Shown in pieces: positions 52,978 to 60,813 of a DNA stretch of 60,813 bases. Numbering within the stretch: the first letter of the stretch is position 1; the number at the start of each line of letters is the position of its first letter. This DNA comes from Methanomicrobiales archaeon (GTDB taxonomy: Archaea > Halobacteriota > Methanomicrobia > Methanomicrobiales > Methanospirillaceae). Made by a program: the position numbers and the translations under genes. The notes below the pieces were generated by a model, which saw only the letters and a list, made by a program, of their open reading frames with translations, was not told where the DNA came from and ran no database searches. The stretch lies in the NCBI GenBank assembly GCA_037137755.1, contig JBAXJR010000011.1, positions 1 to 60,813 of the forward strand, written 5' to 3'.

Positions 52978-53182
52978 CTGTTTATGATTTATTCCGGCCT
53001 TTTGTTGAAATGCCCCCAAATCTGTAATTTAAATTCGGCCTATTCCAAAATTTAGTCACATTCCCGGGGCTCATGGTTCACCGCTGTGGCGACCCCGGTT
53101 GGATAGGGAATTATCCCAAAGACTCTGAAATTTTCTTGGATGCCCCAATTAAACCCTGCCCAATAAATATCTTGTCGGGGCT

Positions 53183-53217
53183 GGGGCAGGGAGGGGGTGA
53201 AACCCCCCCCTGTCTCC
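53183..53217. repeat. GC-rich hairpin in intergenic DNA between convergent genes
   Basis: CAGGGAGGGGG-TGAAA-CCCCCCCCTG core with imperfect outer arms. Confidence 0.4.
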
Positions 53218-53264
53218 GAATTTCCTCTTCTTGAACTATATGCAGGGTCTCATCATGCCTTTAA

Positions 53265-54200
53265 TCATGTCCCGGTAAAAAGCTGAGCTGCTGATGGTCC
53301 GGCGATCCCTGATTCACTGTGTCCTACCCCCGGGACAACGTGGTATTCCCAGTTAAAAGGGGTATGGAAACGTTCTGCCTCCGACTTTGCCGTGTTAACA
53401 TAGAACTTTGCCCGCTCAAATCGCGTAGCACCCTGCGCCTCGGCCTCGGGGAAATTTGCAAGGGCGCTGTCGTTCGGGTCCGTATCGCTTCCGCCGGACA
53501 TGACAATGAGTTTCCGGGCAAAAACCTTCGGAAGGTTGCTTTCAGGAAGTGGCGAATCCTTCAGGCCAAACGGGTAGGGGTGCAAATATTCCGGCAGGAG
53601 GTATACTCCTGAATTGGCAGCGACGGCACGGCTGTACCTGGCTTCGGGGAGGAGGACTACCATCCGGTGGACAAACTGGGCGCCTGCACTGTGTCCGAAG
53701 AGGAGGTATGTATTCCGGGTTGCACCGCTCTTTTCACGGGTATAATCGAAAAGGTGCTCGATTGCCATGTACGTCCAGTTCGCTTTCGGCTTCCAGTTCA
53801 CGGAATCGTACGTATTCCCGAGATTGTACCAATAGTCAGTGGGATAATACACCAGGGAAAATTCCGGGACTATCAGGAGGCAGGAGTACCGGTCAGCATA
53901 GGGGATCCAGGTCTCCCGTGACGGTTGCCCATCGCGGCCTGCCCCGGGCATGACGACCAGTACCCGGCCGAACTGGTTCCATCCAGTCGGACGATAGGTG
54001 TAGACGGTTATCGGACGATCCACGTTTCCGAGCGAATCGCTGAACACGAACTGCCCTCTCCCCGTGGGGATGGCATCAGTGCCGGGTCCAACGGTTGTCC
54101 GGGGATTTTCTTTCACCGGGGGGGCCTGCCCGGTACATCCACACACGACAATAATAATTATCAGCAGGATGGAAAGGGGCACACTTATTCCGGCTTTCAT
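53265..54200 (-). CDS. Secreted lipoprotein alpha/beta hydrolase
   Basis: Signal peptide with CGCTG lipobox; GHSAGAQFVHR; AANSG; VPGVGH. Confidence 0.8.
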   Translation of the reverse strand: MKAGISVPLSILLIIIIVVCGCTGQAPPVKENPRTTVGPGTDAIPTGRGQFVFSDSLGNVDRPITVYTYRPTGWNQFGRVLVVMPGAGRDGQPSRETWIPYADRYSCLLIVPEFSLVYYPTDYWYNLGNTYDSVNWKPKANWTYMAIEHLFDYTREKSGATRNTYLLFGHSAGAQFVHRMVVLLPEARYSRAVAANSGVYLLPEYLHPYPFGLKDSPLPESNLPKVFARKLIVMSGGSDTDPNDSALANFPEAEAQGATRFERAKFYVNTAKSEAERFHTPFNWEYHVVPGVGHSESGIAGPSAAQLFTGT

Positions 54201-54464
54201 AGGGTCAATGTTGGAAAACCATTGCTAAAAACTATCGTTTATTGTGCGTTAGGTTTTCGCTTCATCTGTGTTACGCAATGGAAAAGGGATACCCGGTACT
54301 ATGATCCCCGGATACCTGGTTTTCACATCATTGAGTGGATGAATCAGGGTGTGAGTACCGAGAAATTACCGGGATACATCTGTTATCCTGGTGATCAAAT
54401 AATGAGACGATAAAGCCGGAAAAATGAAAATATCGAAGGAAAAGGGAGAAAGAGGAATGGTTTT

Positions 54465-55076
54465 TTATTGCTGGTACATCAGGCACCCGGCGATAATGTC
54501 ATGCAGGCCCTGCTTCTGCCGGGTAAATGCAATAATGATGAAACCGATACAGAAGGTGATGATTGAAAGCACTTTTGCGAAAAAGCGGAGGGTTGCCCTT
54601 GAAAATGTGATCCGCTGGCCGTGGAGGTCGGTTACGGCAATGCGTACTGCAATTTTGCCAAGGGTGGCCTGGTTTTTCGAGCTCTCGAGAAGTGCATAAT
54701 AGAGCCATGGTACAAGGATCAGGAGTATCGTAATCGCATAGATAGCCTGCGTCGGCACCATGGAGTACACAACATCGCCATACCGATCGGTCATCGGGTA
54801 ACCGCGCAGGAACTGGTAAATCATCCTTACCCCTTCATTGAGCCCGGTAAGCCCCATAATAAAGATATCAAGGACCAGGATGAAGACAATATCAATGATC
54901 CACGCTAGGAACCGCTGTCCAAACCCCGCGTAATTTTCGGTGCAAATCCCATAAGACTTCTTTTTAAGAAGAAGTTTTGGTGCCGGTGCCGGTGGCGCAA
55001 CCTTCACTTCTGCCCCGCACCACTGGCAGTATTTTCCGGAATCGTCGGTTTTTTTACCGCACTTCGAACAAAACAT
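54465..55076 (-). CDS. RDD family membrane protein with N-terminal zinc ribbon
   Basis: MFCSKCG...YCQWCG; YAGFGQRFLAWIID; ATLGK; QGLHDIIAG. Confidence 0.88.
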   Translation of the reverse strand: MFCSKCGKKTDDSGKYCQWCGAEVKVAPPAPAPKLLLKKKSYGICTENYAGFGQRFLAWIIDIVFILVLDIFIMGLTGLNEGVRMIYQFLRGYPMTDRYGDVVYSMVPTQAIYAITILLILVPWLYYALLESSKNQATLGKIAVRIAVTDLHGQRITFSRATLRFFAKVLSIITFCIGFIIIAFTRQKQGLHDIIAGCLMYQQ

Positions 55077-55267
55077 TACTCTTTCTCCTGCTTTACGTAA
55101 AACATTGTCAATCTTATTCTTCAATGTATCGAATGGTTTTTATGTTTCGGTGTATCACCCAACTGGCAAAACCCGGGTCTAGACCTGGATGTGACAATAT
55201 CACACCGCCCGGCCCATGATCAAAAAACCTAATACTCGACACTATCATCTCTACTATTAGCAAGATC

Positions 55268-55801
55268 ATGAAAGAAATTTCTTGTATAATCGTAATTGCG
55301 GCTTTTATAACCCTGATTTTCTGCTCAGGCTGTACCAGCCAGCAGGCAACATTGGCACCAGCAACGCAGCAGGTTACCGTACCGGCAACCCCGGTCACCA
55401 CCATCACTTCACTCCCTGCGACCCAGCCGGTACTAACCGTGACCACAATCGGACCAACCGCACAACAAGCGATAAATGACTCCCTTCCGCAGGATCTGAC
55501 CACCCTGCCTCCCGCGTATGCAGTTGATATCGGGATCGAAAAAGACCGTGTTTATAATACCATAACCGTGACGTTTATTGGGGGCCATGGGCAGGTCCTT
55601 GTAAAGGATATTCTTGTCAGGGTTACAAAATCGGACGGAACGGTTGAAGAGAACAACATCCCGGTCGGGAACCAGGTCGCGAGAGGGGCATTTGTTGATA
55701 TCAAAGGGACCCAGGGGTCAGACAGGGTTGAGGTATTTGCGACACTTGGAGGTATAACGTACAAGGTAAAAGATGAAAACATGGTTTATGCCCGTTATTA
55801 A
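55268..55801 (+). CDS. Hypothetical lipoprotein with Thr/Pro-rich linker
   Basis: Signal with CSGCTS; TVTFIGGHGQ...DRVEV domain. Confidence 0.7.
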   Translation: MKEISCIIVIAAFITLIFCSGCTSQQATLAPATQQVTVPATPVTTITSLPATQPVLTVTTIGPTAQQAINDSLPQDLTTLPPAYAVDIGIEKDRVYNTITVTFIGGHGQVLVKDILVRVTKSDGTVEENNIPVGNQVARGAFVDIKGTQGSDRVEVFATLGGITYKVKDENMVYARY

Positions 55802-55899
55802 CGGGCTGTAATCTCAATATCGGGCTTTATTGAATCCGTCTATAAAAGAAAGATTTTCCCTGTTTTATTGCCATGTGAAATGAATGCAGAACCGGCAGG

Positions 55900-56982
55900 T
55901 TACCGTGGCGCCAGATTACTTCTCATGGACTTCGCTGCGTAGAGGTTCGTCAATACAGAAAGGATCATTACAACCGCGATCATCAGGCCTAACACCACCC
56001 ATTGTTCAACCCCTGCCGACCCGGTCGCAAGCTTCGCGATGATATTCATAGGGTTGTCGGGTAATGCCAGGGAGAATAGCATCAGGACAACTATTGCAGT
56101 CGAATAGACAAACTGGGCTGCAGTTCGTTCACGGTAATACAGTGCGGTTATCGAGGCAACCAGGATGAGCACCATCGCCGCCAGCGTTACGTAGGCAAGG
56201 ATCTGGGGCGCATTCACTATCATTATCCCATTCAGCATAAGGAGGAACAGCCAGAACCCCGCCTGTAGCGGCACGATGATGAGTGCTGCCGCAACTTTCC
56301 CCCAGAAGATTTCGTTTGCCCTGATTGGAGTTGACAACAGTGTTTCAAGGGTGTTGTTCTGGTATTCCTCGGTAATCAGGTCGATGACCAGCGCAGATGA
56401 AATGATCGCGGGCATAATGACGAGGAGCGGGATCAGGAGCCCGTAAACAAATTCATAGAAGTCGCTCCCTCCGGTACTTTTCGGTATATCAAGGGGTATT
56501 GGCTCTTCGTCAATCCGTTCTGTCCTGATCTGCCTGAGCTCTGCTTCATACTTTACAAATGAATCCTTCAGTTTTACATTCACCACGGCGGCCTGGATAT
56601 CATTTTTTATGGTGTAAAGGGTGATCTTGACGGGATCCACGGCATCGGACTTAGTATCCGGTACATATACAACTGCAGCAAGTTTCCGTTCCTTAAGGGA
56701 CTGGATTGCCGGGGCCAGTTCCATATCATACACCCTTAGCCCCCTGTCTGATGCCATCAGGTCCCGGAGATCGGAATCGGTGCCTACATATGCGACAGGA
56801 TACCGGATTGTTGAATTTTTCTGAAGTGCGGTCGGATCGTACATTGAGGTCAGCCCGACCATGAGAAATGACGAGAACAACGCGATAAACAGCTGGAGGA
56901 GGATAGCGAGCAGGATCGTTCGTTCATGCCCAAGCCCTTTTATGTCTTTTTTCATTACCAGGCCGATATTTTTTGCCTTCAT
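55900..56982 (-). CDS. ABC-2 type transporter permease
   Basis: TEEYQNNTLETLLSTP...IFWGK; multiple TMs; ATGA-coupled to the upstream gene. Confidence 0.88.
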   Translation of the reverse strand: MKAKNIGLVMKKDIKGLGHERTILLAILLQLFIALFSSFLMVGLTSMYDPTALQKNSTIRYPVAYVGTDSDLRDLMASDRGLRVYDMELAPAIQSLKERKLAAVVYVPDTKSDAVDPVKITLYTIKNDIQAAVVNVKLKDSFVKYEAELRQIRTERIDEEPIPLDIPKSTGGSDFYEFVYGLLIPLLVIMPAIISSALVIDLITEEYQNNTLETLLSTPIRANEIFWGKVAAALIIVPLQAGFWLFLLMLNGIMIVNAPQILAYVTLAAMVLILVASITALYYRERTAAQFVYSTAIVVLMLFSLALPDNPMNIIAKLATGSAGVEQWVVLGLMIAVVMILSVLTNLYAAKSMRSNLAPR

Positions 56983-58796
56983 GAGAACCACCCGAGGATC
57001 AGGTACATGTTATAGAGACAGTGGACGGCAACCGCCGCAAGGAGGCCGAGGCCATAGCCGATCTCTCCCCCTTTTTTGATAGACGCGGCGATAATGAGCA
57101 CACAGGAGAAATGGAGGAGGAACGGCATCCATAAGACCCCGATACTGGTGAAAAGGATGCTTCCAAAGACAGATTCGGTGATCTGCGAGAGTGTTACAAA
57201 CAGGAGGAGTTTTTCACCGAAGAGAAATCCAAGTGCCGTGGCGAAGGATGCTCCCACGATCACCGGCCAGGTAAAAAATTCAGGGGCTTTTCTTATCAGC
57301 GAATAGATCCCAAGCGATTTTGCAATCTCTTCGACAAACGCCGCACCTATCAGGAGAAGTATCAGGGAGAGTGGCATAGGGAGGTTGAAGAAGAGTACCA
57401 GCAGCATCAGCTGGACCATAAACACAAACGGGATCAGGAAGGCGTTAAACAGGAAAAGTGAGATGTATGGCCGCTTTAACGATAGGGTGGAAGCAATAAA
57501 GTCACTGGTCTTCGCGAACAGGTCAGACTGCGAAAAGAGCCGTTCTTCCCTGAAATTTACCACCCCTACATAAAAAAGGACAAGCGCTGAAAGCCAGAAC
57601 AGGGAGGTCGAATAAAGGTAGTCAGTCGCCGTAATGGCGGTTCCCTGGAGGGTGAGGACTACCAGGGTAAGCGGGGATATCATGCTTACAACGTGGATAT
57701 TTGCAAAAATGCTCGGGAAGAACAGGTACGATGTGGCAATAGTCGAGAAAAAAATCGAGATGAACGAGAGTTCCTTGAAACTTCTCGAAATCATGCCAAT
57801 AAGGAGTGCCACGGCGAGGAAGAAGAGAATGACCGGGATAAGCGGGAGGACAATGAAGGGGGAGGCCTTGATCCATAGCGTGAGTAATGCCGATATCCCG
57901 ACCATTCCCACGAAATACGGGAGGGCCTTTCCGAGGATAATCGCGGACGGCCTGGCCGGGGTTGAGAGCAGGAGCTCCCCGCGGCGGCCTACACGTTCGT
58001 TCATGATACTCATCATGTAAAACTGTGACATGAAGTAGAGTGGGAAAATGAACAGGAAGACAAGGATAATCGAATCGAAGGGCAACGGCGGCGAGAGCTG
58101 GTCAGGGGTCTTGTAAGTACCGAGCGGGCTTTCCGAGCCTGAAAACATATCGGTATAACGCGAGACCTGGCTGTTCTGTGTCGTTGACTGCTGCAGACTG
58201 CTCCTGAGCTCCTCGCTCGATATGCCGATGGAGGCCTCAGGGAGGGCGACAGGTTCAACAGGGCCCGTCGGTACCGGGGGCTGGCTTGATCTCGGCCGCA
58301 ATGATACCTGCTGGCCTGATTGCGTCGCGGTAAAGTCCAGTTCCGACACAACCTCCTGGACATCGATCCAAAGCGGGTAGGCCGCAAACAGGTCAGACTG
58401 CTGGTTATACACGTTTGACCGGTACTTCGTATAGTCCCGCTCCATCGTCTTTGCAGCGGCTTTCCCCCGGTCGGTATCATGGACGTAGACCACACGGTTG
58501 AAAATCATCAGGTCGTAATAGTCCTGATTTCTTTGTATGGTCCCTGGATCAGCGAGGTCAACAGAAAAGCGGGCATCACCGGAGAACAATGCGGCGAAGT
58601 CCGGGTCGTCGGTACCGACCTTGTAAATTCCGTCCTGGAGGTGGAGACCGCTCTTTGCGGTAAACCCGGTCACGGCAATAAGAAGGATAATCAGGATAAG
58701 CGCAACCGGAAGTACGTTCTTCCCCATGGTCCCGACAGACCGTTTTACCTCCCATTTTGCAATCGTGAGGATGTCCCGGGAATATCCCATCTCCAC
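56979..58796 (-). CDS. ABC-2 permease fused to a PrsW-type intramembrane protease
   Basis: NERVGRRGELLLSTP...IILGK (ABC-2), followed by EEIAK, GFLFGEK, LLH and HCLYN (PrsW motifs). Confidence 0.82.
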   Translation of the reverse strand: MEMGYSRDILTIAKWEVKRSVGTMGKNVLPVALILIILLIAVTGFTAKSGLHLQDGIYKVGTDDPDFAALFSGDARFSVDLADPGTIQRNQDYYDLMIFNRVVYVHDTDRGKAAAKTMERDYTKYRSNVYNQQSDLFAAYPLWIDVQEVVSELDFTATQSGQQVSLRPRSSQPPVPTGPVEPVALPEASIGISSEELRSSLQQSTTQNSQVSRYTDMFSGSESPLGTYKTPDQLSPPLPFDSIILVFLFIFPLYFMSQFYMMSIMNERVGRRGELLLSTPARPSAIILGKALPYFVGMVGISALLTLWIKASPFIVLPLIPVILFFLAVALLIGMISRSFKELSFISIFFSTIATSYLFFPSIFANIHVVSMISPLTLVVLTLQGTAITATDYLYSTSLFWLSALVLFYVGVVNFREERLFSQSDLFAKTSDFIASTLSLKRPYISLFLFNAFLIPFVFMVQLMLLVLFFNLPMPLSLILLLIGAAFVEEIAKSLGIYSLIRKAPEFFTWPVIVGASFATALGFLFGEKLLLFVTLSQITESVFGSILFTSIGVLWMPFLLHFSCVLIIAASIKKGGEIGYGLGLLAAVAVHCLYNMYLILGWFS

Positions 58797-59021
58797 CTCT
58801 TAAATATCAGAATGGTATGTTCATCAGCTATAATATGGTAAAGTTGTCTGACTGGTCTACCATTACAATATTACTTTATTTGTTTTAATTCAACCATCGA
58901 TGCGTTAAATAATTTATCCAATTCATTTTCGGGCATGATAAATATGAAGCTGTAGACAATAAAATTTTGTACAGCGGCATAACCTCTTTGGGCCACTGAA
59001 CCCCAGCCGGTCAAAAGCAAC

Positions 59022-59640
59022 CGAACATGCTGCCTGGGTGTGTCGTGGTCCCATGTTTACTTGGATATACGCAGACGGGCGGCATGTTTGCCTCCTTGTG
59101 TCCTCACTCGCTTTGCTCAGGCTCCGGGCCGCGTCGTCAGCACATCACGCCCTGGTTCATATAAGTTGATCGTTGGCTCGGTGACGCACAGACTTCGTCG
59201 CTTACTCCTTGTCTGCTGCTGTTATTCACTTTGTCCCAACCGATTCCGATCCGTTGTGACAAAGTGGGGCCATTGATATGCCCCCACAACATGCTTTTCG
59301 CTATCACTTGCCGGTTCTCCATGCCCGAGGCGCATGGCGCCACCTGCGACGGGCTGACAAAATAGGATATAGGTGAGATGTGGGAACACCAGACCCAGCG
59401 ACGAGGCACCCGGTTACCGAGCGGAGCGAGGTCGAGGTGCCGAGGAGCGATATCGTTGTGTACCCTGCAATATTCCACCCGACACCGGGGCAACAAGAAC
59501 AACCAGCGACGAAGACACCCGGTAACGGCTGGCAGGCCGTCGCGGTGTCGAGGAGCGATATCGTGTCAGCAGATCTAGGACCCGAAGGGGCAGACCTCGA
59601 AGACGAGGCCCAGTGGCCTCGGCCGTGGGATGACCCGCAG
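59022..59640. other. Highly structured non-coding region (candidate single-strand origin/oriT or ncRNA)
   Basis: Many hairpins (59022-59090, 59227-59266, 59319-59337, 59581-59589 and others) plus two 62-nt structured repeats. Confidence 0.55.
59395..59564 (+). repeat. Two 62-nt imperfect direct repeats (59395-59456, 59503-59564)
   Basis: CCAGCGACGA-GGCACC-CGGTT...GGTGCC-GAGGAGCGATATCGT and CCAGCGACGAA-GACACC-CGGTA...GGTGTC-GAGGAGCGATATCGT. Confidence 0.85.
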
Positions 59641-59742
59641 GGAAAAATTTACTCCAGGTAGATAATCTGATAAGAAAATGGATGCAATAGATTATCGGTT
59701 GCGACCGGTTGATTTTGTTTGTCGCACTTTCCCCGGTCGTGA

Positions 59743-59928
59743 CTACTTGTTCCGGTTCTCCCGGATAAATTCAGTGAGGTCCTCTTCACTGACCCGCCAC
59801 TCCATACCGATCTTTATGGCGCCCATTCGCTTTTTTAAAATTAGTGTCCTGACGGTCTGGGCATGGAGATGCAGCATCGCGGCTACTTCCTCTGTCGTAT
59901 AAAATTGATGAGGTGGGGTTTTAGCCAT
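59743..59928 (-). CDS. Excisionase-like helix-turn-helix DNA-binding protein (HTH_17)
   Basis: FYTTEEVAAMLHLHAQTVRTLI...AIKIGMEWRVSEEDLTEFI. Confidence 0.88.
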   Translation of the reverse strand: MAKTPPHQFYTTEEVAAMLHLHAQTVRTLILKKRMGAIKIGMEWRVSEEDLTEFIRENRNK

Positions 59929-59934
59929 TATTAC

Positions 59935-60375
59935 TTAGTCCTCCCCTGGCAGCATAACGGTTATGACCGGCTCGCCTTCGTCACCAGGTCCGCAGACCGC
60001 TTTAAGTTCGACGGTTTCGCCGCCCCGGTGATGGATAATCCCGGTGGACCTGGCCCTCTCCCGCAGAAGTTCAAAGGCCACGCGGAATATGATAACACTG
60101 CTGCTGCGTGATCTGTTCGCAGACATTCGCAGCATCCAGAGCAGGTCCCACAACCTGCCGGTCAGGTCCTGGTCGGGCATCTCGGGAAGATACGAGGGTT
60201 CGATGTACTGATACCAGGCGGCCCGGGTGAATGCAACCGGAACAGAGATCCCGGCCTGCCGGGTGAGTGCTTCGGGTGCCGCTATTAATTCACCGTCATT
60301 CAGGGCATCGGCCCGGGTGTACCTGCTGATGATGTCCTCCTCGGTCCAGAATGGGAGGGGGGTCGAGGTGGTCAT
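59935..60375 (-). CDS. DUF6573-like mobile-element protein
   Basis: ISRYTRADALNDGELI, PVAFTRAAW, GRLWDLLWM, LKAVCGPGDEGEPVITVMLPGED. Confidence 0.75.
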   Translation of the reverse strand: MTTSTPLPFWTEEDIISRYTRADALNDGELIAAPEALTRQAGISVPVAFTRAAWYQYIEPSYLPEMPDQDLTGRLWDLLWMLRMSANRSRSSSVIIFRVAFELLRERARSTGIIHHRGGETVELKAVCGPGDEGEPVITVMLPGED

Positions 60376-60578
60376 ACCCGACCACCACGGAGACGCGGTT
60401 TCCCGTTCGTAAAGCCTGGCCTGATAACGATCTCATTGGAAGCCACTTTCGACCATATCCAGCCCATATTGTGATTATGTGCATACACAGCAGCGAAATC
60501 AACCGCAGCACCATGATCGACGCATTCCGCGATGAGATGCGGGCCGGTCCCTCTATTGACAAAAATTTTGTATTCCAT
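60372..60578 (-). CDS. Small hypothetical protein
   Basis: MEYKIFVNRG...; coupled by TGATG upstream and ATGA downstream. Confidence 0.55.
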   Translation of the reverse strand: MEYKIFVNRGTGPHLIAECVDHGAAVDFAAVYAHNHNMGWIWSKVASNEIVIRPGFTNGKPRLRGGRV

Positions 60579-60812
60579 CACCACTCACTCCCATCGGATG
60601 GCCACTGGCCGTCAATCTCGTCCACTTCGATCGAGTCGAGGTCCTCGATCCCGATCGTGCCGTCGCGGATCTGTTCCTGGACACACTCATTTGCTGATTT
60701 CCCAACATCAGCAAAGACCGAAACCCAGGCAGAGATCCGGACACTGATCGGGGGTTCCTGGTCTGGTGGCTGGAGCCATTCGGCCTCAGCCCGGAGGAAT
60801 CCAACGGGAAGA
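60578..60812 (-). CDS. Acidic hypothetical protein, partial (5' end outside the window)
   Basis: Manual frame ...PPISVRISAWVSVFAD...IEDLDSIEVDEIDGQWPSDGSEW*. Its stop overlaps the next ATG. Confidence 0.5.
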   Translation of the reverse strand, partial: LPVGFLRAEAEWLQPPDQEPPISVRISAWVSVFADVGKSANECVQEQIRDGTIGIEDLDSIEVDEIDGQWPSDGSEW

Positions 60813-60813
60813 T

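Larger units (their letters stand above)
59000..60813 (-). mobile_element. Edge of a probable integrated element; continues beyond the window
   Basis: Abrupt change from AT-rich intergenic DNA to GC-rich structured DNA, then tightly coupled small ORFs including an excisionase-like HTH. Left boundary approximate; no integrase or att site seen. Confidence 0.6.

Noticed and set aside
59097-59144. Possible hammerhead ribozyme (CTGACGA on the minus strand)
   Set aside because: No correctly placed GAAA and cleavage triplet after stem II.
59395-59564. CRISPR mini-array or C/D-box sRNA
   Set aside because: Only two long, internally variable copies, no cas genes, and no canonical RTGATGA/CTGA boxes.
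59040-59661. ORFs 59040-59276, 59137-59502, 59378-59578, 59380-59661
   Set aside because: They overlap each other, have no recognisable motifs and run through the palindromic repeats; more likely non-coding.
60553-60804. 83-aa minus-strand ORF from the track
   Set aside because: A different frame gives an uninterrupted acidic protein whose stop couples to the next ATG.

Overview
Archaeal chromosome segment. Gene content and protein style point to a Methanomicrobiales (Methanoregula-like) methanogen; this is an inference from sequence only. (1) 1-17949: a minus-strand signalling island with six PAS/GAF/HAMP/CHASE4/REC histidine-kinase-like genes, an orphan NitT/TauT-type substrate-binding protein, a cupin and two receiver-domain relics. 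Two of the kinases have Lys in place of the phospho-acceptor His. (2) 18126-20538: a frameshifted secreted protein and a 5'-truncated, ATGA-coupled Zn-finger gene chain that looks like a mobile-element remnant abutting purQ. (3) 20539-24340: purL-purQ. (4) 24.7-35.4 kb: accessory enzymes (Fe-S proteins, AlkD, AKR, GNATs, hydrolase, Mrr-like nuclease, PhzF, methyltransferase) and pseudogenes. (5) 35.4-58.8 kb: mostly housekeeping genes (mre11-rad50-nurA-herA, fdhC, pyrK/pyrD, mdh-like, polB, cbiA/cfbB-like, ilvD, SemiSWEET, ABC-2 permeases including a PrsW fusion). (6) About 59.0 kb to the end: the edge of a probable integrated element (excisionase-like HTH, DUF6573-like gene). It is preceded by about 620 bp of densely structured non-coding DNA with two co-varying 62-nt repeats built from tandem sheared G.A pairs and GNA loops. 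No rRNA, tRNA, CRISPR array or transposase was recognised. All family calls come from motif recognition, not database searches.
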